64,000 bases of DNA, from positions 60,631 to 124,630 of the forward strand of contig CAVVBA010000004.1 in NCBI GenBank assembly GCA_963746455.1, written 5' to 3'. The notes beneath the pieces were generated by a model. The model worked only from the letters and a program-made list of their open reading frames with translations. It was not told the origin of the DNA and made no database searches. Of this stretch, positions 22,194 through 32,568 are shown piece after piece; the stretch's first letter is position 1, and each line of letters begins with the position of its first letter. A program made the position numbers and the translations under genes. The DNA is from Vulcanimicrobiota bacterium. GTDB lineage: Bacteria; Vulcanimicrobiota; Vulcanimicrobiia; Vulcanimicrobiales; Vulcanimicrobiaceae.

Positions 22194-23705
22194 GATTCGT
22201 CTTTGCGTTCATCGCCGCCGTGGCGATCGTTGCGGCGTTCATGAGCGCGCCGTCTCCGGGCGTAGCCGCCGGTAAGCCGTCTCCGTCCCCGTCGCCCTCG
22301 GCCTCCCCGACCGCGACGCCGGAACCACCCGAAGTTGCGATCCCACATCTGCAAGCGCGCCTGAAGATCAATCCAACCGATCGCGACGCGCTGCTCCAGC
22401 TGGCTGGAAACTATCATGCAGATCAATCGCCCGATCTGGCCCAGCAAGCATCGCAGCGTCTCCTGCAGCTCGGGACCAAAACCGGCCAGGTGTACTACCT
22501 TAGCGGCTATTCGAATTTGCTGCTGAACCGGTTGCCGCAAGCGACGTCCGATCTCGAAAACGCGTCGAACCAGGAGCCGACGAACCTGAGCATACTTTCC
22601 ACGCTCGCCGATGCATATTCGCGCCAAAACCGTTTCGCCGACGCCGATCGCGTTGCGAAGCGCGCATTGACCTTCAATAAAAACGACAAGGCGGCGTACG
22701 AGATGTACGGCGGCGTGCTCGAGGGCGAACAGAAATACGACGACGCGCGCATCCAATACGATACGGCTGCAAAGTTGGATCCAAAGGATCCGCAGCCGAT
22801 CCTCCTCGAGGCACGTTCCTATCTGAAGCAAAACGCTATCGCGCTGGCCGGCCCCATCTTCGATCGCGCGCTCGCGATCGACCCCAACAATATCGATGCG
22901 CTGAACGGAAAGGCGCAGACGCTTGCTGCCCAGCACGACGTCAAAGGTGCGATTGCGACATTCGAGCGGATTCGGACGCTGTTGCCGAATACCGACGCAA
23001 AAGCCAGCGTCTCGGTCGACGAAGCTCGGATCTACGCCGACGAAAAGATGAACGATCTTGCGGTGCAAACGTTCAAGACCGCGATCGAAACGTATCCGTC
23101 CGTGCTCGGCCTGCATCTGGCGTACGGCGATTATCTCGCCGGGCAAAAAGATCTCGACAATGCGGCAACGGAATGGGAAACGGCGCTCGGCCCCAATCGC
23201 GACAACAAAGACGCGCTCGGACGTCTCGGCACATACTACGCCGACAAGAAAGACTACGTGAAATCGGCCGACTACCTCAAGCGGCTCACGGAGATATCCC
23301 CGAACGATCCGCGTGGCTGGAGCATTCTCGGCAGCGTGTACGCGTCGCAGACGAACTGGAAAGATGCGCACGATGCGTTCCGGCACGCCTACGATCTGAC
23401 GCGCGCGCCGGACGTGCTCAAGGCGGTGGGCCAAACCGATCTGAACCTGCACAACTACAAAGAAGCGCAGCAGATCTTCGAGGCGATCGAAAAGAACGGC
23501 GGCGACTACGTCAAGCAAGATCCGAGCGTCATCTACATGCTTGGGCAATCGTATCAAAAACAGGGACTCAAACCGCAAGCCAAGAGCGCCTATCAGCGAT
23601 TCCTCGCCTATCTTGAAACCCGGCACGCAAGCGTATTCCGAAGTGCAGAAGATGATCGAGGACATCGACAAACCTTCTTCGGGACAGAAGAAGCAACAGG
23701 GGTAA
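22190..23705 (+). CDS. Secreted TPR-repeat protein with Pro/Ser-rich linker
   Basis: ORF 22190-23758. Signal-like MRFVFAFIAAVAIVAAFMSAPSPGVAAG, then a PSPSPSPSASPTATPEPP linker, then about 10 TPR-like repeats. The probable true tail PGTQAYSEVQKMIEDIDKPSSGQKKQQG lies in a shifted frame ending at 23705. Confidence 0.7.
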
Positions 23706-23709
23706 ACAA

Positions 23710-24715
23710 CTGCTCGTCGTCGGCGATGAACGCTGCAGCGCGCATCTCGAAGGGATAGCGCACCCGGAATCACCCGCGCGTCTGCTCACGCTTGCTCCGG
23801 CATCTCGAGCGAAGCGGGCTCGCCGCCGATCGTCGCGAGGCGCGCGACGCAACGCGTGAGGAGCTAACGCTCGTGCATCCGGGATCGTACGTCGATCTCG
23901 TGCACGATGAGATCGAGCGTCTTCACGCTTCCGTACCGGCCGCGTATCTATCGACGGGAGACACGATCATCGATCGCGCCTCATGGGACGCTGCCGTGCG
24001 GGCCGCCGGGGCGACCATGACCGCGCTCGAAGCGGCGGTCAGCGAAAATCGCGCGGCGTTTGCCGTCGTGCGTCCGCCGGGACATCATGCCGAGCCGCGA
24101 CGCGGGATGGGCTTCTGTCTTTTCAACAATGCGGGTATCGCCGCGCGCGCGTTCGTCGCAAAGAACGGCGGCCGTGCGCTGGTCGTCGATTTCGACTATC
24201 ACCACGGAAACGGGACCGAAGCGCTCGTCGGGGGTGGAGTCTCGTATATCTCGACGCACGCATCGCCGGCCTATCCCGGCACCGGTTCGGGTCGCGAGAA
24301 TCGCGTCGACGAAAATGGTACGCTCATCGACTTGCCGCTCGGCTTGAGCTACGAGACCGAAGGTTTCGCGGCACTGTGGCAAGAGACGCTGCGCCGTTTG
24401 TGCGCGCGCATCAAACCAGATATGCTAGTGGTGAGCGCCGGTTACGATTTCGCTGCGGGCGACCCGGTCGGCGACTTAGGCGTCGACGTCGGTGTTTCGA
24501 GCGCTCTTGGCGCGTGCTTTCGCGAGATCGCCGACGAGTATTGCAATGGGCGCGCCGTCTTCGTTCTCGAGGGTGGTTACGATCTCGGATTGCTGTGCGA
24601 AGGCGTCGAGCAGACGATCCGTGCGTATGATGCGGGTGAATCGAAGCTCGGCAGTGCTTCTGAAGACGCAATTCCAGCGCAACAGCGTGACGCGCTGACG
24701 CGCGTGCTCCAATGA
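23710..24715 (+). CDS. Histone deacetylase-family (class II/AcuC-like) deacetylase
   Basis: LLVVGDERCSAHLEGIAHPESPARL (shifted frame) joins ORF 23792-24715. Reads RPPGHHAE, FCLFNNAG, DFDYHHGNGTE, GGY. Start not resolved. Confidence 0.8.
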
Positions 24716-25157
24716 ACGTTGTTTCTCTGCTCGCCCGCCTCGTCGTCGGCGGAACGCTGCTTGGCCGCGGGAGTTTTGAAGATCGGTCATTTCGATGCGC
24801 TTGCGAGCACGATCGCGTCGTACCGCATTCCTTTTCTCGCACCGGCGGTCATCGCGCCGATGTCGATCGCGATACCACTGATCGAGGTGCTGCTGGCGTT
24901 CCTATCTCCTGATCGGACTCTACACGCGACTGATCGGAGCGCTCGCGCTCTGCGAGTTTGCCATCTTTGCAGCAGCGGTCGCATCCGTCGTGATACGCGG
25001 CATTCCGGCATCGTGCGGCTGCTTTGGTCCGGGAGATACGCGACCGGCGTCTTGGGTCGAAGTAGCGCGCGACGTCGGCCTCGCTGCGCTCGCTGCGCTC
25101 ATCGTTTGGCGCGGCCCCGGGGTCCTCGCACTCGATCAGCGAATGCACGAACAATGA
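24712..25157 (+). CDS. MauE/DoxX-family membrane protein
   Basis: Fragments 24712-24912, 24719-25183 and a third frame. Four hydrophobic segments and a C-terminal SCGCFGPGD motif. Confidence 0.55.
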
Positions 25158-25179
25158 TGTTGCGAGGCCGGCTCAAACC

Positions 25180-25795
25180 ATGAGCAAGAGATCGATAATC
25201 GCGCCGGCGGAAGTAAACCGGCGAGCACAACGCAATCGGCTCGTCCTGTACATTACGCTCGGACTGGTTGTCGTCATCATCATAGCGGTCGTCGCGTTTT
25301 ACTCGCGCGTCCCGCAATCGGCGAGCACGGCACCGATTCAATCGGGCATCAAGGTCGGGCAAGTTGCTCCCGAGTTCAGCGTCGCGACGACTGACGGTCC
25401 TTTCGATCTCAAGACGGCGGAAAGCGCCGGGAAACCGGTCTTCTTAGAGATCTTCGCGACGTGGTGTCCGCACTGTCAGCGCGAAGTCACGACGATCGAT
25501 GCCCTCTACAAGAAGTACGGCAGTCAGCATCGATTTCGTCGGCGTCTCGGGCAGCCCGACTGGAATGGACGGTCAGTCGCAGTCCTCGCAGCTCGACGTC
25601 GTCAATTTTCAGAAGACGTTCGGTGTAGCGTATCCGATCGCGTACGATCCGACGCTCGACGTCGCCGGCAAATATATGCTTGACGGTTATCCGTCCCTCG
25701 TCATCATCGACAAAACCGGGAAGGTTGCGTTCCTTGCGAGCGGTGAGGTCAGCGACAAGACACTGACGACGGAATTCAACAAAGCGCTCAAGTAA
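25180..25795 (+). CDS. TlpA/ResA-like membrane-anchored thiol-disulfide oxidoreductase
   Basis: ORF 25180-25683 joins 25499-25795 near 25520. N-terminal anchor LVLYITLGLVVVIIIAVVAF and thioredoxin CxxC motif FATWCPHCQ. Confidence 0.75.
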
Positions 25796-26065
25796 TCGAG
25801 CAAGGCATGCTACATGCGATGTATTTGCTTCGTACAGCAGAGTTAGCCAAAACGCTCGAAGCCGGCTGCGCCGGGACGGTTATAAGAAAAAGTCAAGAAA
25901 CGCGCGGTCGGATTTTCCTGGATTCCGGCTGGGAAAAATTTGTGACGCTGGGCACAGACGGCGTTCGGTATGAGTGATACGCGTGCTGCATTTGCGCGAT
26001 CATTTCGGCGTAAGCGCAAACGCGATTGCGCAACGCAGCTGTTCAAGAATTTCTTCATTAGAACG

Positions 26066-26074
26066 TGATATAAT
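26066..26074 (+). promoter_or_regulatory. Candidate extended -10 promoter element (TGATATAAT) for the chemosensory operon
   Basis: A perfect TGnTATAAT lies in the only AT-rich intergenic stretch (25796-26217), about 145 nt upstream of the cheW TTG start. No convincing -35 element. Confidence 0.25.
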
Positions 26075-26217
26075 GATGTACGAAGGAAGTTAGTCGTATG
26101 TACTCTTAGTCGAGTATCTGCGTTAGCGACTTTGTAATCCACGCATCCGTGGCAGGGTGTCAGGAGGTCCTGATCACAGGCTACACTTGGATTTGTTAGG
26201 CTTAAGGGGTCGCAGCC

Positions 26218-26701
26218 TTGACAACAATCCAATCGGAAACTCTCACTACCCAAGTTGATGCCGTTGCGTTCGAGTTGGACGATCTTCGGGGTGCCATCTC
26301 TACACAACCGGTAATTGAGATTTTGCGTGCCGTAGCGTACCGTCCGATCGCAGGGCAGCCGCCTTTCGTTCCGGGCGTGATCGATTTGCGCGGAACAGTC
26401 ATTCCGCTGATGGACATGCGCGCGCGCTTCGGGCTGCCGCACACAGGCGCTTTCGCCCGAACATCGCTTTATCGTCGTGAACACGCACGACCGTCCTGTC
26501 GCGTTGTGGGTCGATCGCGTGGTCGGCATCCTGACGTACGATCCGGATTCGCTCGTTGGTTCGGAAGGTTTGATCGTCGGGGCGCGCAGCTTCGCGGGCA
26601 TTCTGCGGACGCCCGAGGGTCTTGTCGTCATTCACGACCCGCAGGCGTTCATCAGCGAGTCGGAGCTCGACGCAGTTTCGGAAGCGAGCTTGCGAACGTG
26701 A
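26218..26701 (+). CDS. cheW: CheW-like coupling protein 1
   Basis: ORF 26218-26874 joins 26477-26701. PFVPGVIDLRGTVIPLMDMRARFG and ALWVDRVVGIL are typical CheW motifs. One frame change near 26450. Confidence 0.8.
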
Positions 26702-26702
26702 C

Positions 26703-28040
26703 ATGGAGCACGGCCGGTTTACGCCGACATTGCTTCGCTCCTTACAGAGCGGAGCGGTTTGTCATTCCCGCCGGCGCGACGCGCATTCGCGGAAGCCGGG
26801 ATTACGCGCGCCATGGCCCACTCTCGCGTGAAAGATCCGCTGGTCTACTTCGAGCTGCTGAACAACGATATTGACGTCTTTCGAGACGTTCTGAGCGAGA
26901 TTACGGTTGGTGAAACGTATTTCTATCGCGATCCGAAGCAGTTCGAGTTTATCAAAGAGGCGGTATTCCCGACGTTCGGCCGCGGACTACGCGTTTGGTC
27001 CGCGGGTTGCGCGACTGGTGAAGAAGCCTATACGCTCGCGATTGCGCTCGAGGAATGCGGTCTCGAATCGCGTTCGCAAATTTTCGGTTCCGATATCTCG
27101 CCGGCTGCGATCGCAACTGCGCGCCAAGGCGTGTACGGTGACTGGTCGTTCCGCGAGATCGACTCGATATGGCGTGCGCGCTACTTCACGCGCGCTGCAA
27201 AGAACCGTTGGAGGATCGCGCCGCGTTTCTCGTCGCGCGTCACGTTCGAAGCTCGCAACCTCGCGAATGCGAGTCATCACGATGGCTTCGATGTGATTCT
27301 CTGCCGCAACGTCTTGATGTATCTCGAGTCCGACGTCGTCGCTCGCGTTACGGCGCTCTTGATGTCGTCGTTGCGCGAAGGCGGGTGGTTGTTTACTTCT
27401 CCGTCCGATCCGATCGTCTCCGATTGCTGACATCGAGATCGTTACGACGCCGTCTGGATTGGCTTATCGTCGACAGGCTGCGCGGGTTTTTTCTCTGGGT
27501 GTCGAGCTTTCTGATGCTCCGCTCGTGGGACGCTCGCATTTTTCATCCTTAGAAAATGCGAGCTCGGATTCTTCGCGCTCTCGCCCTCCTGGCTCCGCGC
27601 GAATTCAGACGCCCCCTCGCGAAGCATCAGTCAACTCGACACTTCAGAAGATGTCATCACGTCCGGCCGCCGCAGCGAAGTCACGTCCGGTCGCTGCGAA
27701 GGCTGTCGTTGCTGCTCCGGCGGCTGTCGTCGTTGCGATCGTTGATGAAACACTGGATCCCGTACGATATGTACGAGAAGCAATGGAGCTTCTCGACGAG
27801 GATCGGGCGGGAGAAGCTGCGATTGCGGCGCGGCGTGCGATTTTCTTGGATCGGACGGCTGCGTTCGCGCATTTGCTGTTGGGCCGGGCGCTCCGCTTGG
27901 GTGGACGGACCGTTGCGGCGCGGCGCGCGCTGGGCCGCGCGCGGCGGCTCAGTGAGGACGGGGACGGGGTCGCGGCCTCGGTCGAGGCCGAGCTATCGTT
28001 GCTGCGCGCGCGTTCTTCAACGATTGGAGTAGGCGTATGA
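26703..28040 (+). CDS. cheR: CheR methyltransferase with C-terminal TPR-like extension (FrzF-like)
   Basis: Fragments 26622-26831, 26759-27430 and 27459-28040. Reads ETYFYRDPKQFEF, VWSAGCATGEEAYTLAI, ILCRNVLMYL. After the apparent stop at 27430 the reading continues in another frame into an Ala/Arg-rich helical-repeat tail. Confidence 0.75.
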
Positions 28041-28556
28041 GCGCACAAGAGGTTCTCGTTCGGCGAGCGGAGCGGCTCTCGCAAGCGGCGGCGCAGCTTC
28101 GCGAATCCGACTCGGACGGTCGAACTGCTGTGTTTTCAGATCGGCGGGCGAGCGCTATGCGATCGAGACCCGCTTCACGTTCAGCGTCATGCAGCGAGCA
28201 TACCCGGCAGCGTTGCCGGGAGCGCCGTCGCATTTTCTCGGTATACTCGGTGTCCAGGGTGAGATCGTCCCGGCGATCGATCTCGCTCGAGTGTGGGGCC
28301 GAGCGGCCGCGCGCGCCGAGGAGCTCTCTGCGGTCATCCTCGGGGTCGACGCAGCCGGAGTTCGCGATTGCGGTCGACAGCCTCGATGAGCTCGTGCGCT
28401 ATCCGGAAGCCGGAGATCGCTGCGGCGCCGACGCTCGACGGGCACCACGAGTTCGTTTCCCGCTTGATTCGCGGGATGTCGCTTTTGGACGGCAGAGCGC
28501 TGCTGGATGATCCCCGCTTCTCGATTCAATCGATTGCTCAAGAAAGGAATACGTGA
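28037..28556 (+). CDS. cheW: CheW-like coupling protein 2
   Basis: Fragments 28037-28510, 28189-28389 and 28293-28556. Reads YAIETRF, GILGVQGEIVPAIDLARVWG, FAIAVDSLDELV. At least 3 frame changes. Confidence 0.75.
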
Positions 28557-30042
28557 TGCGGAACTGGAGCATCGCGCGAAAACTCTCACTGGTCTTTGCG
28601 CTCGGGCCGTTGGCGCTCATCATCATCGGGCTGCGTTGCATATCGCAACACGATCGCGATGCTCGACGCGCGTGCAACCGTGCAGCACACCTATGAAGTG
28701 CGCGCCACGATCGCGAACGACTCGCGACGCAGGCGGTCAATGTCGAGACCGGCCAACGCGGCTTATCTGCTGACCGGCGTCGATAGTTATCTGCGCGCCT
28801 TATCACGAGGGCGTCGCCGGCTTCCAGAGCGACCTCGCGCTTTTTACGCGCTTGACCGCGGACAATCCGCATCAACAGGATCGCGCGCGAAGTCTGCAAG
28901 AGCTCTTTGACGCAGAAGCAGCGCGAGCTCGCGCAGACGATGCAACTTACGGCGCGAACATGGACTCGCAGCAGCGCTCCAGTCGTGCGCATCGGGTCGC
29001 GGCAAGGATCTCATGGACCAGATTCGGACGGTCTTGGCGGGCGCCGATCATGAAGAAGATCAACTTCAAACGATTCGTGACGCCGCGGCACGCTCGGCAT
29101 CCGAAGCGACGATGAACACGATCGTGTTCGGAACGCTCTTTACCGTCTTGGTGCTGATCGTCATCGCCATCATATCGATTCGAAATCTGAGTGCGCCGAT
29201 CGAGCAGGCGATCGCGGCAACTTTCGGCTGCGACTGCTGAGATCGTAGCCGGGACGACGCAGCAAGCTGCCGGCGTGCAAGAACAAGCCGCGGCGGTTGC
29301 GGAGACTGTCGCGACCGTTGAAGAGATTACGCAAACCGCCGAGCAGTCCAACGAGCGCGCAAAGGCCGTCGCTGATTCATCGCGTCGTGCGACGCGACGG
29401 CGGTGCCGTCGGCCGTCGCTCTGTCGAGAGCACGATTGCCGTGATGGGCGATATCAGGACGCGCACGGAATCGATTGCGCAAAGCATCTTGTCGCTTGCC
29501 GAGCCAAGCGCAGGCGATCGGCGAGATCATCACGGTCGTCAACGACCTTGCCGAGCAGACGAATATCCTCGCGCTCAACGCTTCGATCGAAGCCACGCGC
29601 GCCGGCGAACAAGGCAAAGGCTTCAGCGTCGTCGCGGCCGAGATCAAAGCGCTCGCCGATCAATCGAAGAAGGCGACCGTCCAGGTTCGCCAGATACTCA
29701 GCGAGATACAGAAGTCGACCAACGCCGCGGTCATGGCGACCGAACAAGGCACGAAGAGCGTCGACGAAGCGATGCGCATCGTCAACGAAGCCGATGAAGC
29801 GATTCGGATGCTGGTCGATACGATCGTCGAGGCCGCGCAGGCATCGACCTCGATCAGTACGTCGGTCGGTCAACAAGCCGTCGGGATGTCGCAGATCCAG
29901 CAGCGATGCGCAACATCGATCAAGCGACTTCGCAAAATCTTGCATCGACGCAACAATCCGAACAGGCTGCGCGAAATCTCGACGGGATCGGCTTGCGCTT
30001 GCGCACGCTCTTGCGCGGCACAAACGGAGTCGGCACGCATGA
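28556..30042 (+). CDS. Methyl-accepting chemotaxis protein with CHASE3-like sensor domain, no recognisable HAMP
   Basis: ATG overlaps the cheW2 stop. TM1 [17 protein letters not shown], then a CHASE3-like HTYEV..AYLLTG..SYL region, then TM2 [19 protein letters not shown]. Signalling hairpin [38 protein letters not shown]. About 6 frame changes; stop approximate. Confidence 0.85.
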
Positions 30043-31981
30043 CGACTGTCTCGGAGCGCTTGCTGACAACGTTCTTGGGCGAGCTCCAAGAGCGTTTGAG
30101 GCGCGTTCGAGCAAGATCTCTTGGCGCTCGAGAGCGTCACGAGCGATGATGAGCGCCACGAGCTCGTCAACGGGCTCTTTCGCGAGGCGCACAGTTTAAA
30201 AGGCGCTGCAAACGCCGTCGGTCTCGCTGACATCGCCGAAGTTTGCCACCGCGCCGAGGACCTTCTAGCGACGTGTCGCGACCAGCCCGCAGCGCTCGAC
30301 GAAAAATCAGTCGAGACGCTGTTCGGCGTCGTCGACTCACTTCGTGCACGAGCGGATCGATTGCGCGCTCCGCCCAGCACGCCGGCGCCGGCGCCGGTTG
30401 CAGCATCGGGAATAACCACGGCCGCGACACCGGTGGTCCCGAACGCTGCACCGGCTCCGGCGCCGTCCACGACACGACCCTGCGGGTCGCCTCGGAGAAA
30501 CTCGATGTGCTCCTGCAGCACACGGGCGAGCTCCTCGTTGCGCTCTCGACGGGAGCCGACCGCGCGTTCTTGGAGCGCTCGGCCCGGCGGGTCGACGAAG
30601 AAGTCCGCAACATCCGCATGCTGCCGTTTTCGCTTGCGTGCGAAGGACTCGAGCGAATCGTGCGTGATTGCGCGGCGAGCGAAGGAAAGAAATGCCGCTT
30701 GCACGTCGATCGGCGGCGCGATCGAGCTGGATCGTGCGATTCTCGACGGGCTGCGCGACCCGCTCCAGCATCTCGTCCGCAACGCGATCATTCACGGAAT
30801 CGAATCGCCCGAGCGCCGCGCGGCAACCGCAAGTCGGTCGACGGCTCGATAACGCGTGACCGCCGCGTTGCACGGTGGTGGCGTCGAAGTGACGGTTGCG
30901 GACGACGGCAACGGACTCGATCTTGTCTGCGATTCGTGCGCGCGCCGAAGAGCGCGGCTACGCCGTCAACGATCTCGACGTCGGCGGTGCGATTTTCTTG
31001 CCGGGCGTTTCGACGGCGCGTGGGCTTACGAAGGAAGCGGGCCGTGGCGTCGGCATGGATGCCGTTCGTTCGTCGATCGAAGCACTGCGCGGAACGATCA
31101 CCGTCCACTCGGAACCCGCCGCCGGAACGCGCTTCGTATTGCTTGTTCCGCTCACGCTGACGACGGTGCGAGCCGTCATCTTCGAAGTTGCCGGCAACAA
31201 GCTTGCGATCGAATCGGCGGCCGTCGAACGTTTCGTTCGGCCGCGACCCGAGGACATCGTTATCGGTCGAGGGCCGGCCGCGTATCATCCGCGACGGTTC
31301 GGCGACGCCGCTCGTCGACTGCGCGAGCTCTGTTGAATCTCGCCGACGAGATGCGCTCTCCGAATGATGCACGCTACGTCATTTTTATCAAAGATACACT
31401 TGGACGTGTTGCGCTTGCGGTCGACGAGCTCATCGAGGAACGCGAAGTCGTCGTGCGGCCGCTCGGCAGGCGCATTGAAGGGATCCGCAGCGCGATCGGC
31501 GCGACGATTCTCGCGGACGGCTCCGCCGCCGTGATATTACGCGGTGCCTATATCGTGCAGCAATCGCACGATCGCGCGCGCGTCTCACCAGGCACGCGGA
31601 AGACGTGCACAAGTCGCTCGCAAGCACGTCCTGCTGGTCGAAGATTCGATTACGACGCGTACGCTCGAACGCAGCATTTTAGAAGCAGCCGGCTACGACG
31701 TGACGACGGCCGGTGATGGCGAAGAGGCCTGGTCGCTGCTGCAAGATCAGCGGATCGATCTGGTCGTCACCGACGTCGACATGCCACGCCTCGATGGCAT
31801 TGGATTGACGGAGCGCATCCGCGGATCGCAACATCTCGGCGACCTTCCCGTCGTTCTGGTTACCGCGCGCGGCACCGATGCGGACAAGCGGCGTGGCGTC
31901 GATGCCGGCGCGGACGCGTACGTCACGAAGGGCGACTTCGATCAGGGCGCGTTGCTGAAGACGCTGGCGGAGCTCTTATGA
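30039..31981 (+). CDS. cheA: CheA histidine kinase fused to C-terminal receiver domain (FrzE-like)
   Basis: P1 Hpt [16 protein letters not shown]-box [13 protein letters not shown]1 DDGNGLD, G2 [10 protein letters not shown], a P5 CheW-like region, then REC ([17 protein letters not shown]). Stitched from at least 6 fragments between 29475 and 31981. Confidence 0.85.
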
Positions 31982-32566
31982 AGCACGCACGTCGTCGCGG
32001 TCGGCGCGTCCGCCGGAGGACCGGCAGCCTTGCATCAGATTCTCTCGCAGCTCGATCGCGACTTCGCGCTGCCGATCGTAATCACGCAGCACATTACCCC
32101 CGGCTTCGTGGATGGCATGGTGCGCTGGCTCGACGATGCGAGCGCGATTGAAGGTCAAGGTGGCGGAGCACGGTGAGCCGCTGCGCGATGGCGTCGTCTA
32201 CATCGCGGCCGACAATCACCACCTGACGATTGCGAGAGATCGCACGATCGCGCTTTCCGACGAGCCGCTCGTCGCCGGACATCGGCCTTCTGCGACGATG
32301 CTGTTCAAATCGGCTGCAAAAACCTATGGCGCGGGCGTCCTGGCAATAATACTTACTGGGATGGGCAAAGACGGCGTTGACGGGCTTGGCGGCGATACAG
32401 AAGCGCCGGCGGCACCGTTATCGCGCAAGACGAGAAAAGCAGCGCGGTTTTTGGTATGCCAAAAGCCGCAATCGACGCCGGATGCACCGACGAGATTATT
32501 TCTCTCGATGGGATCATCGCACGCATTTGGGCAGCGGGTCGTCCAAACGGAGTTCATAGGGGGTAA
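31978..32566 (+). CDS. cheB: CheB methylesterase, catalytic domain only (no receiver domain)
   Basis: ATG overlaps the cheA stop. VVAVGASAGGPAAL, ITQHITPGF and GMGKDG match the Ser/His/Asp catalytic-triad contexts. About 196 aa. At least 3 frame changes. Confidence 0.8.
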
Positions 32567-32568
32567 CC

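Noticed and set aside
25843-26631. 262-aa minus-strand ORF spanning the AT-rich spacer and cheW, and its 70-codon tail starting MKKFLNSC
   Set aside because: Most of it is antisense to cheW. The tail has no RBS, odd composition and no recognisable family.
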